This document shows, one piece after another, positions 1 through 9,707 of a stretch of 64,000 nt of DNA. The number at the start of each line of letters is the position of its first letter. Positions within the stretch are counted from its first letter, which is position 1. The notes under the pieces were generated by a model that saw only the letters and a list, made by a program, of their open reading frames with translations, did not search any database and was not told where the DNA came from. The stretch is from positions 37,923 through 101,922 of the IMG/VR virus record IMGVR_UViG_3300042883_000874, one strand, 5' to 3'. This stretch comes from a virus. Made by a program: the position numbers and the translations under genes.

Positions 1-1
1 A

Positions 2-883
2 TGGGATAAGATTATGGAAAAACTTACAGCTCCAGAAGAAGATAAAGTTATTCCTCCTGCTGCTGAAAAACCTAAAGATGCAGATAGAAAACCTATTGAA
101 CAACATACTCCTATTCCTTATGGTGAAAATCAAAATGCTCCTTGGTGGTTACAAGATACTATTAAAACATTTGGTGCTGTAGGAGATATGGCTAGACTTA
201 AAAAGTATTTACCTTGGCAAGCTACTCCTCAAGTAAGATTACCAGAAGCAACATTCTATGATCCTACTAGAGAACTTGCTGCTAATACTGAAATGGCTAA
301 CATGGCTATGCAAAATTCTGCAGCATTTACTAATCCACAACAACAAGCTGCTGCTAATACAGTTGCTCAAGGTCAAATGGCTAAAGCTGCTGCTGATACA
401 ATGGGAAAATATAATAACTTAAATGTTACTTTAGCTAATCAATTATCTCAACAAAATACAGGTATTATGAATCAAGCTTCTCAAAATAAAGCTAATCTTG
501 ATACACAATTATATGATAAATATACAGTAGCTAATCAACAGTTTGATAATTCTAAAGCACAAGCTAGACAAAATATAAGACAATCTTATATGGATGCTAT
601 TACTAATAGAGCTAATACAGCTAACTTAAATACATTGTATCCTCAGTATGCTGTTGATCCTTCTGGTGGAGGTTTTGCTTATTTTAGACCAGATCCTAAT
701 AAGATAGATCCTGCAACTAGATATGATCATTATGATGCTTTACAGAAAAAAGCACAACAGTATTCTAGTGATCCTACAATACAAGCTAAGTATTTTAATA
801 TTATGTTAAATAAAGGAATTGATCCTAATGATCCTAATGATGAACTTAATCTGATTAATAATAGAGGTTATAGAAACAGTTAA
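2..883 (+). CDS. Virion/cargo-type protein, Q/A/N-rich helical; probably truncated at window start
   Basis: Frame is open from base 2, upstream of ATG 14; Cys-free, Q/A/N-rich, lies ahead of the giant virion genes. Confidence 0.55.
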   Translation, partial: WDKIMEKLTAPEEDKVIPPAAEKPKDADRKPIEQHTPIPYGENQNAPWWLQDTIKTFGAVGDMARLKKYLPWQATPQVRLPEATFYDPTRELAANTEMANMAMQNSAAFTNPQQQAAANTVAQGQMAKAAADTMGKYNNLNVTLANQLSQQNTGIMNQASQNKANLDTQLYDKYTVANQQFDNSKAQARQNIRQSYMDAITNRANTANLNTLYPQYAVDPSGGGFAYFRPDPNKIDPATRYDHYDALQKKAQQYSSDPTIQAKYFNIMLNKGIDPNDPNDELNLINNRGYRNS

Positions 884-962
884 TAAAGCAAATAAACTTT
901 AAAAGTGTATTACAACCTCAAATAAATTTTGTATATTTAAAACATAATATTTTACTAAAACT

Positions 963-1454
963 ATGAAACAATTAATGCTTACAAAAGGATACTATGCTCT
1001 AGTTGATGATGATGATTATTATTGGGTTAGTCAATTTAATTGGTGTGCTATAGAACTTGATGGTCAAGTATATGCTAGAAGAAGTAAAAAGAAAGGTATA
1101 TTAAAAAGTAATGAACCTTATGAAATTTATTTACATAGAGTAGTAACTAGATGCACAGATAAAACAAAAGTAATTGATCATATAGATCATAATGGGTTAA
1201 ACTGTCAAAAAGATAATCTTAGAATATGTACACCCAGTGAAAATAAAAGAAATGTTAGAGCTTATACAACTAGTTCATCTGTATTTTTAGGTGTAAGTTT
1301 TGATAAAATAAGAAATAAATGGGTAGCTCAATTAACACATAATAATAATAAAATTTTAAGTAAAAGATTTACTACAGAAAAAGAAGCAGCTACTGCTTAT
1401 GATGCTGCAGCTAAAGTATATCACGGAGAATTTGCAAATTTAAATTTTAAATAA
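963..1454 (+). CDS. HNH-AP2 homing endonuclease
   Basis: LHR...IDHIDHNGLNCQKDNLR HNH motif, then AP2 domain (GVSFDKIRNKWVAQL...EAATAYDAAAKVYHGEFANLNF). Confidence 0.9.
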   Translation: MKQLMLTKGYYALVDDDDYYWVSQFNWCAIELDGQVYARRSKKKGILKSNEPYEIYLHRVVTRCTDKTKVIDHIDHNGLNCQKDNLRICTPSENKRNVRAYTTSSSVFLGVSFDKIRNKWVAQLTHNNNKILSKRFTTEKEAATAYDAAAKVYHGEFANLNFK

Positions 1455-1455
1455 T

Positions 1456-4233
1456 ATGGCTACCTATCTTCAAAATGTCACCGACTATATCCCTCAGATA
1501 CAACCATTCCGCCCAGATTATAACTTTTTGGGCAATGTTTTACAGACAAGACAAACTAAGTATGATGCTTCTAAGAAACAAATAAGTGAGTTATATGGCT
1601 CCCTATTGAATGGACCATTAAGTAAAGAGACTAATATTAAAAGAAGAGATGAGTTCTTTAAGGTTATTGATAATGATATTAAAAGAATATCAGGTTTAGA
1701 TTTATCCTTACAACAAAATGTTGACCAAGCACAAAATGTATTTAAAGGTTTCTATGATGACAAGTACTTAGTAAGTGATATGGTTAAAACTAAAAACCAT
1801 ATGAATGAACTAGAGAAAGGTGAAAATTCTAAATATTGTTATGACCAAGATAAATGTGGTGGTACATATAATGAAACATCAATGAGAAAGCTTCAATATA
1901 AAATGGAAGAGTTCAAAGCTACTTCTGATGATGAAGCTTTAAATTTTGACATGGGTAGTTATGATGCTTACTATAACTGGCAAAAAGATGCTGCAAAAAA
2001 TCTTAAAGATCAAGGTATGACTGTTACTCAAGACAGTGAATCTGGTCATTATATTGTAAGAGACAAAAATGGTGTATTAGTAGAGAATGCTTTATATAAT
2101 ATGTTTGATCAAATTTATAGTAATGACCCTAGAGTTGCTAATAATTATGATACTAAAGCTTATGTTTTTAGAAAAGATTCAGTAAGAGGTTTAATGCCTC
2201 AATATAACAATGATGAAAAAGCTGCTGAAAAAGTTTTTATTGAACAAAATATGAACAAGGGTATTAAAGCTTTAAATAAAGATTTAACTATTGTAAATAA
2301 CAACCACAACCAATTAAAAGGTAGACAGATTGAACTTGAGCGTAAAAAAGGAGCTTTAACTAGTAGAGAAAAACAAGAATTAGAAGTTATTAAACAAAGA
2401 AGAGAAGCTGCTACTGTCACTAGAGATAACTTACAATCTAGATTAACTAGTATTCAAACAAACATGGATTCTGGTGATATGAGATCTTTAATCAACAAGT
2501 TTGATCAATCAAACTCTGCAGCATTCCAACATGAAGACTTAAGCAAGATGGCTAAGATAATGTCTATGCAAGGTGCAGAACATACAATAGTTAAAGAAAC
2601 TGCTGCTTATGACTTAGCTCTTAAAAAAAATCTTGAAAAATATAAAAGTGATTTAAATATTTTTGAAAAAGTTATTCAAAGCAATATAGATAAAGAATTA
2701 GAAAAATATAAAAAAGATCTTGATAAAACAGCAGCTAATGAACAGGCTAATTCAACTACAGAATTATTTCCAGGAGCTGTTGGATCAAATGTACCTTTAA
2801 ATTTAACAGAACATCCTGAAGGTGTATATATATTACAAGCTGCTGAAAGTTCTGATGTATTTAAAAAAGCTAATGATGGTTCTATGAATCTTTTATATAC
2901 AACTTTTAAAGCTGCTAAAAAAGCTGCTCTTGCTGATCCTACAACAGGTGCTGGAGCCATTGATTATTTAGATAAAACTTATGGTAAAGGTAAATGGCAA
3001 ACTATGGAAACAGCTGAACAAGTTAAAGCTGCTATTAAAGATCAACCTTTACAGTCTTTAAAAAAAACACAAACTTATATAAAAGATAATCCAAACACTA
3101 GTTGGGGAAAAGAGGTATTAAAAAGTAATAGTGTTGCATTAGCACAAGTAAATATAGATGCTGCTGCAGGTGTTGCTCAATTAAATAATTTTAAAAAAGG
3201 AATTAAAACTACTGCTGAAAAAGTAGCTAATTCAGTAGATCCTGATTTTAAATTAGCAAAATATTTAGTGAATGAGTATGGTGTTTTAGATCATGATGAT
3301 AAACCAAATGCAAAGTTTATAACTGAATTTTTAAAAACAAGACCTAATGGTAGTAAAGGTGATATTGAAGATGCTTTCCAAAAAGCTAAGAGTCAGTTTT
3401 TATATCATTACAATAGACAACCTAAAATAGGCTTTGACCAAATGATTGATATTACTAAGAATGAAGGTTCTGGTATGAAGAGTAGTAATTCATTACTTTT
3501 TAATAGAGTAGATGCTTCACAAAATCCTGATATAAATAAACAGATATCTAACACATTAAGTCAAGCTTTTGCTAACCCAGGTAAATACAAAGCTTTAATA
3601 GGAGGTCTTGATGCAGAAAATTATGCAAGTAGTAAAGATAGTGATCCAGGAGCTGATGCATTTTTTAGACAGTTTCTTATTGACATGAATAAGGCTGATA
3701 AAAAAGATGCCAAAAGACCTATTTATAGTGTTGTTGTTAATGGAACTGCTGCTGATGATTTAACTCAAAGTGGTTTTACAATAAGACCTTCTCAAGCATA
3801 TATTCAAGATTATATGACTAAAAATGAAAAAGATCCAGGGTTAGTAAGTCCTGATATTCTTACAAGAGGTATATCATTATTTTATGATAACAGTACTATT
3901 AAAACAGATATTACTTCTAAATTAAAAGTTAATGCTATGGAGAAAATACTTTTAGAAAAAGGTTCTTATACAGTAAATAACTTTTCAGAGACTTCTGGTA
4001 GAATAGAAATTGAGTATGATCCTGATACAAAGTTGACAACTATACAACCTTATTATATATCACATGATGGTGATAAAATTATAGATCTTAAAGGTAATCC
4101 ATATATTGTTGATGATATTAAAGCTGTAGATGAAACAGTTAATATATACATTAATGGATTAGCAAATGGTCAAAGAACTAATGATTTAGTTGATGAAAGA
4201 CAAAGATTAATAAATCAAAGTAAAAATAAATAA
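1456..4233 (+). CDS. Large virion cargo/ejection protein (925 aa)
   Basis: Helical/coiled-coil ORF immediately upstream of the RNAP block, as in crAss-like phages. Confidence 0.6.
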   Translation: MATYLQNVTDYIPQIQPFRPDYNFLGNVLQTRQTKYDASKKQISELYGSLLNGPLSKETNIKRRDEFFKVIDNDIKRISGLDLSLQQNVDQAQNVFKGFYDDKYLVSDMVKTKNHMNELEKGENSKYCYDQDKCGGTYNETSMRKLQYKMEEFKATSDDEALNFDMGSYDAYYNWQKDAAKNLKDQGMTVTQDSESGHYIVRDKNGVLVENALYNMFDQIYSNDPRVANNYDTKAYVFRKDSVRGLMPQYNNDEKAAEKVFIEQNMNKGIKALNKDLTIVNNNHNQLKGRQIELERKKGALTSREKQELEVIKQRREAATVTRDNLQSRLTSIQTNMDSGDMRSLINKFDQSNSAAFQHEDLSKMAKIMSMQGAEHTIVKETAAYDLALKKNLEKYKSDLNIFEKVIQSNIDKELEKYKKDLDKTAANEQANSTTELFPGAVGSNVPLNLTEHPEGVYILQAAESSDVFKKANDGSMNLLYTTFKAAKKAALADPTTGAGAIDYLDKTYGKGKWQTMETAEQVKAAIKDQPLQSLKKTQTYIKDNPNTSWGKEVLKSNSVALAQVNIDAAAGVAQLNNFKKGIKTTAEKVANSVDPDFKLAKYLVNEYGVLDHDDKPNAKFITEFLKTRPNGSKGDIEDAFQKAKSQFLYHYNRQPKIGFDQMIDITKNEGSGMKSSNSLLFNRVDASQNPDINKQISNTLSQAFANPGKYKALIGGLDAENYASSKDSDPGADAFFRQFLIDMNKADKKDAKRPIYSVVVNGTAADDLTQSGFTIRPSQAYIQDYMTKNEKDPGLVSPDILTRGISLFYDNSTIKTDITSKLKVNAMEKILLEKGSYTVNNFSETSGRIEIEYDPDTKLTTIQPYYISHDGDKIIDLKGNPYIVDDIKAVDETVNIYINGLANGQRTNDLVDERQRLINQSKNK

Positions 4234-4234
4234 G

Positions 4235-7200
4235 ATGGCAGAAGAATTAGCTAGTCAAGGACAAGAACAAGAACAACTTGCTCCTCAAGAAAGTGAATTA
4301 ACTAATGGGGCTCCTGCTTTACAAGCTTTAAATAATTCTGCTGTTGATAGAATAAGACAAATTGAAGAATCTTTAAATTTACCAGCTAGACCAAATAGTA
4401 TTGATGCTTATAAAAATATAGCAGGTAATCCTATAACAGGATCTAATCCTTCAGCAAAAAATTCAAATAGCTCTGTTGACTTTTTTACAAGCATGGATAA
4501 AGCTTTATCAGCTATGCCTAAAAAAGAAAGTGATATCTATGGAGCAATGAGACCATTTAGTTATAATGGTGATACTGATGGAGCTAACTTTGAAAGATAC
4601 CATTCTTCTGGTGATTTGTATAATAAAATTGGCTTTTCTCCTTATAGAGATAATGAATCTTTATATAATGATAAGATGACATTTGGTGATGAGTTTGTAA
4701 GAGCTGCATCACAATGGGATAACTTAGTAGGTACAGGTTTTAGATCCGGAATTAGGTCTTGGAGTACTTTATTTACTGATCCTTTAGCTCCAGATTTAGA
4801 AGGTGCTAGAGAAATGGAAAGAATAATGGCTGTTGGTTCATCTACAAAAGGTGGTATTGGTGGTTTTTTTATAAATACTTTTTTAAACTCAGGATATACT
4901 ATTGGTATTGGTGCAGATTTTTTAGCTGAAGAATTAGCTTTAATGGGATTAACTGCTGCTACTGGTGGACTAATGGGAGCAACTGGTGCTTCTATGATGG
5001 TAGGTAAAGGCTTAAATGCTGTTGAAAATGTTTTTCAAGGAGCTAAAACTGCTTTTGCTGGGTCAAAAAGAATGGAGAATCTCCGTGCTATAAACAGTGT
5101 TCCTGAAATGAAAAGTCTTTGGACTAAGATGAGTCAAGGAACTAAAAGTGTTGTAAGAGAAACTGCTAATATTTTAAATCCTTTAGACCAAACTGTTGAT
5201 GCATTAAGAGCTACTGACTATGCAAGTAACTATGCTAAGATGACCAAAACTTTTGGAGCTTTTGCTGATGACATGTTGATGATGAAAGGAGCTGTTTCTG
5301 AAGCTAAGCTTGAAGGTGGGATGGCTAAGATTAATATTACAGAAGATCTTGTTGCAAAATATAGATCTGAAAATGGTAAAGATCCTGATGGAGCAGAGAT
5401 GCTAAAGATAGAAAAAATTGCTAATGATAAAGCTTATCAAGTTGCTTTTTGGAACTTACCTGCAATTACTACTAGTAATAAGTTAATGTATGCTACAATG
5501 CTTGCTCCTTTAAGAAGTGTTATGGGAAGAGAAGGTGCTGTTAAATTAGTAGATGATTACTTGTTTAATGGTAAAACATTCTCTGCTGTAGGTGAAGGAT
5601 TCTTATCTAAAGGTAAAGCTGCATTACAATCTTTTACAAAACCTAAATTTTATGGTCAGTTTGGTATGAATTATCTTAAAGCAAACTTTGCTGAAGGTAT
5701 TCAAGAAAACTTACAAGAAGCTATATCTAGTGGAGCTGCTAAACATGCAATGCAATTATATACAGATCCTATTAAAGCAGGTTATGAAGGTTATATGCCT
5801 CATTTTATGCAAGGTCTTGGTGAACAGTTTTCTGCACAAGGAGCTGAAACATTTGCTGGTGGTTTTGCTATGGGTATGTTTGCTCAACCTGTAATGGCTG
5901 CACCTTCTGTTGCTATAAGTAAGCTAGTTAAAGCTTGGGGTACTGAAAATTATGCTGCTGCTGAAAAATTAAACAAAGAATTTAAAGCTAAAAATGCACA
6001 ATATTTAAATGACTTTTATGATAAAGCATTAATTACATTAGCTCCTGATATAGACAATTCTATAACAACAGGTAGATTAGCTGATGATATGTATACAGCT
6101 GCTAGAAATGGTAAAAAGAAAGAAGCTATTGATGCTATAGAAAACATTAAAGATAATAAAATACTAGTAGCCCTTCAAACTGGTAAATTAGATATTATGA
6201 TTAACAAAGTTGCTCAATATAAAAACTTAAGTAGAGCTGAAGTTGTTGAAGCATTTGGTAAATATGGTATTAAAGAACAAGATGTAGACAGTGCTCTAGG
6301 TAAAATAGATGGTATTGTTGCAAGAGCTAATCAACTTAAAAAAGACTATGAAGATGTTGCCGAAAAATATCCTAATCCATTTAATCCTAATAAATTTATA
6401 TTGGGAACTTCTGAAAGAAAAGCTGCAGAAATTGCTTACAAAGCTTGGGAAACTGCTAAGTATAACTTAACATTTGCTAAAGCTACTTATACTTCTCACA
6501 GTAAAAGAGTAGCTGATGTAGCTAATATTTTCTCAAATATTTCTAATGACCTAGCTAAAGCTGATGCTCAAAACTTAATGACATTGCTTAACCCTGCAAC
6601 AACAAAAGGTGAGATCTTAGCACTAAGGCAAGAGCTTTCTGTTCTAGATGATAATGTTCCTGAACAAAAAAAGCTTAAAGCAGAAAAAACTAAACAGCTA
6701 GAAACTATAAATAATTTCTATGAAGCTGTTAAAGCTGTTAAAGAAGCAAAAACTCCTGAAGAAAAAGAAGCTAAAGATGAAATAGCTAAGAAAGCTTTTA
6801 TGGAGCATGTTAAATTCTTAGCTAAAAAGAATGATCATATTGTATTTAATGAAGATATAGAAAAAGCTTATAGTGTAGTTAAAGATCATATGAGTCTTAA
6901 AGATGATATGAAAGGTCTTGCTGAAAGTATTAATGTATTAATGGCTCCTCAAAACTTTTTTAAATTACACACTAGATTAAATGATGCTTATAGTGAAATT
7001 CTTAATAATAAAGAAGGTATTATTGAAGAAAATCAAAAGTTAATTAATAGATTAAACAGTATCAATGGTATATTAAATTTAGTTACTGTAGACTCAGGTT
7101 TAAATATCCCTAATGAATTAATAGAAAAATATGTTGAAGCTTTAGATAATGATATAGAAATGCCAGTAGCTACATACTTTATGGATGCTCAAGGTAATAA

Positions 7201-9706
7201 AGTAACTGCAGGTCCTCAATTTGATATTGCTTTAAAATTATTCAGCAACTTTACAGCTATTGCTGCTAAAGAAAAAGAAGATGAGCTTAAAAATAGACCA
7301 GTAAAAACATTACAAAGTACTATTAATGACATAATAGCTAACAAAGATTTTATTAAACTATCTGAAGATGGTACACATTATGTAAATACTAAAACTGGTA
7401 AAAAGTATGAGAGAGTTACTAACTACATTGCTGATGAAAAATCTAAAAATGATTTTAAAGATGGTATTGAAAAAGGTGAAGATATAGAAGATTACAAACA
7501 AAGATTAATTGGATTAAACTATAAAGGAAAACCTTTAACAAAAAAGCTTACAACAGCTTCTTCTCAGATTATTGGTACAAAAATAGATGTTCTAGTAAGA
7601 GATTTCTTTAATGGAGAACTTAAAGATTTATCAACATATGATGTATCTTCTTTAGAAGAGGTTCAAGCCTTTGTAAAAGAGTTACAACAAATTAAAGATA
7701 AAATGGATGCTAGAGGTGAAAAAGTTCTAGCAAATGATATTTTATTATATGATGATAACTTAGGTGTTGCTGGTACTGTAGATTTACTTACCTATACTGA
7801 GAGTGGTGATATCCGTATATATGATATGAAATCCATGAGAGGTAATCAGTTTACTAATGTTTATTTTAGTGGTATAAATGAAGGAAAAACAGTATATGAT
7901 AATATTTTTGAAGAAGGTAAAGATTCTAATAAAGTAAAACATCAAAAACAATTATCATTATATAGAATTTTATTAAATAATACTCACAACTTAAGAGCAA
8001 AAACTCTTGCTGTAATGCCTATTGAAGTAATATATCAACCAGGTGATGTTGTAACTAGTGAATTAAATCTATTACCTGGAGTAAGAGTAACTCCTTTAGA
8101 TCAAATTAAAGATGCTAGATTACTTCCTTTAAGAGATCAAGGTGAAAAAATAATTTCTTCATTAAGTCCTACAAGAAAAGAAGCACCAAAGACTGAAGAA
8201 GAAGCTAAAGAACAAGCTATTGAAGCTGAGACTAAAAGATTGTTAATGCAACCTAGAGAGAGTCTTACTCCTGCTGAAGAAAAAGCTTTAAGATTTGGAT
8301 TGCCGGGCTCTTCTACTTTACAGACTAGAAAAGAATTTATTGAAAAAAGAATAGAGTTACTAGAGAAAAAAGCTGAAGCTTTAGGTTTAGATGCTATTGA
8401 GATTAATGATACTCTTGCTTACTTAGATGGTATATTAGATACAAGTACTGAAAGTATTCAAAACAATCTTAAAAATATAGATGATCAGATTAAAAGTTTA
8501 AATAATATTATTAAGTCTAAAAGCTCTAAGAAAACTGCAAAAGGTGTTAAAGTTCAAGAGAAGATAGCTGAACTTAAAGCTGCCCGTACAGCAGAGTTTC
8601 AGTTGTTAAATGCTATTACAGATAGAGTAAAAGAACTTGAAGAAGATTTATCTGATGTTGAAGCTGTACAACAAGACTTACAAAAACAAGCTCAATACTA
8701 TTCTTCATTGATTAGTGACCCTACTCTTACTACTTATACAAGAGATGAGTTAATTGCTAGAAGAGATAAGATAAACTCTAAGATAAATACTATAGGTAAA
8801 TTACTTATAGCTGTTAGAAAAGCTATTGCTGATTCAATAAGATATATTAAAGAACATGTTAGTTTGTTATTTCAAACTGATAAAAATCTTAAGACTTTTA
8901 TATCAGATAATGAGTATGAAAATTTTCAATATCCTACAATAAAAAATAAGATTGAGAGTCTTCAAAATGAAGTATTAAATAACATAAATTCAGCTGAGTT
9001 TCTTGAAGTAGTAAAAACTAAAGAGGAAGAAAGGCAAGCTCAATTACTAGCTGCTTTATTAAAATATCAAGATCAAGTAAGATACTTAAGTGAACTAATT
9101 GATAACTATAAAGAAAACAATATAGGAAATAAGTTTACTACTACTACAATGAATCTTAATGCTAAAGAAGTTGTTGCTAGTAAACAAAAAGAATATCCTG
9201 TTACTATCAGTAGAAAGAATGCTAGAATTCAATCAAGAATTAAAGAAGCTAAACTTGCAGCTAGAGATGTTGCTGAAGTTGAGACAGTTACAGTTCCAAC
9301 AGGAGAAGTAGTTGTTTCAAAAGTAGGGCCAACAAAAGTAACTAGTCAACAGTTAAATGAGAATTTAAATTTAAAAAGTTTAAAGGTTGCTCAAACTAAT
9401 AAATTTGAAGTTATTTATGATAATATTCAGTATAAAATTGAGAAAGTTGGAACAAATTCAGTAACTTTGAAAAGTGCACTTGGTACAAAGGTAACAATAA
9501 ATGAAGATGATCTAGTTAGAGATCTTAGAATTGTACAACCAGGTATTGAGGAATCAACTGTAGAGGAAAATGAAATTATTAAAGCTAATGAAAAACTTAT
9601 TTCTGAAGAGCCTAAAGAGTTTAAAAAAACCAAAGCTGCAGATAAAGAAGATTATGCAAAAAGATTAAAAACAGGAAAAACAAATCTTATAGAAAACCTT
9701 TGTTAA
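4235..9706 (+). CDS. Giant virion protein (1823 aa) with G/A-rich hydrophobic segments, coiled coils and a PD-(D/E)xK nuclease domain
   Basis: GVAGTVDLL...IYDMKS...QLSLY nuclease motifs at ~7.4-8.1 kb; G/A-rich putative membrane helices in the N-terminal third. Confidence 0.75.
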   Translation: MAEELASQGQEQEQLAPQESELTNGAPALQALNNSAVDRIRQIEESLNLPARPNSIDAYKNIAGNPITGSNPSAKNSNSSVDFFTSMDKALSAMPKKESDIYGAMRPFSYNGDTDGANFERYHSSGDLYNKIGFSPYRDNESLYNDKMTFGDEFVRAASQWDNLVGTGFRSGIRSWSTLFTDPLAPDLEGAREMERIMAVGSSTKGGIGGFFINTFLNSGYTIGIGADFLAEELALMGLTAATGGLMGATGASMMVGKGLNAVENVFQGAKTAFAGSKRMENLRAINSVPEMKSLWTKMSQGTKSVVRETANILNPLDQTVDALRATDYASNYAKMTKTFGAFADDMLMMKGAVSEAKLEGGMAKINITEDLVAKYRSENGKDPDGAEMLKIEKIANDKAYQVAFWNLPAITTSNKLMYATMLAPLRSVMGREGAVKLVDDYLFNGKTFSAVGEGFLSKGKAALQSFTKPKFYGQFGMNYLKANFAEGIQENLQEAISSGAAKHAMQLYTDPIKAGYEGYMPHFMQGLGEQFSAQGAETFAGGFAMGMFAQPVMAAPSVAISKLVKAWGTENYAAAEKLNKEFKAKNAQYLNDFYDKALITLAPDIDNSITTGRLADDMYTAARNGKKKEAIDAIENIKDNKILVALQTGKLDIMINKVAQYKNLSRAEVVEAFGKYGIKEQDVDSALGKIDGIVARANQLKKDYEDVAEKYPNPFNPNKFILGTSERKAAEIAYKAWETAKYNLTFAKATYTSHSKRVADVANIFSNISNDLAKADAQNLMTLLNPATTKGEILALRQELSVLDDNVPEQKKLKAEKTKQLETINNFYEAVKAVKEAKTPEEKEAKDEIAKKAFMEHVKFLAKKNDHIVFNEDIEKAYSVVKDHMSLKDDMKGLAESINVLMAPQNFFKLHTRLNDAYSEILNNKEGIIEENQKLINRLNSINGILNLVTVDSGLNIPNELIEKYVEALDNDIEMPVATYFMDAQGNKVTAGPQFDIALKLFSNFTAIAAKEKEDELKNRPVKTLQSTINDIIANKDFIKLSEDGTHYVNTKTGKKYERVTNYIADEKSKNDFKDGIEKGEDIEDYKQRLIGLNYKGKPLTKKLTTASSQIIGTKIDVLVRDFFNGELKDLSTYDVSSLEEVQAFVKELQQIKDKMDARGEKVLANDILLYDDNLGVAGTVDLLTYTESGDIRIYDMKSMRGNQFTNVYFSGINEGKTVYDNIFEEGKDSNKVKHQKQLSLYRILLNNTHNLRAKTLAVMPIEVIYQPGDVVTSELNLLPGVRVTPLDQIKDARLLPLRDQGEKIISSLSPTRKEAPKTEEEAKEQAIEAETKRLLMQPRESLTPAEEKALRFGLPGSSTLQTRKEFIEKRIELLEKKAEALGLDAIEINDTLAYLDGILDTSTESIQNNLKNIDDQIKSLNNIIKSKSSKKTAKGVKVQEKIAELKAARTAEFQLLNAITDRVKELEEDLSDVEAVQQDLQKQAQYYSSLISDPTLTTYTRDELIARRDKINSKINTIGKLLIAVRKAIADSIRYIKEHVSLLFQTDKNLKTFISDNEYENFQYPTIKNKIESLQNEVLNNINSAEFLEVVKTKEEERQAQLLAALLKYQDQVRYLSELIDNYKENNIGNKFTTTTMNLNAKEVVASKQKEYPVTISRKNARIQSRIKEAKLAARDVAEVETVTVPTGEVVVSKVGPTKVTSQQLNENLNLKSLKVAQTNKFEVIYDNIQYKIEKVGTNSVTLKSALGTKVTINEDDLVRDLRIVQPGIEESTVEENEIIKANEKLISEEPKEFKKTKAADKEDYAKRLKTGKTNLIENLC

Positions 9707-9707
9707 T

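Noticed and set aside
890-945. Late promoter upstream of the HNH-AP2 gene (TTTTGTATATTTAA)
   Set aside because: Single occurrence that deviates from the host consensus; cannot be validated in this window
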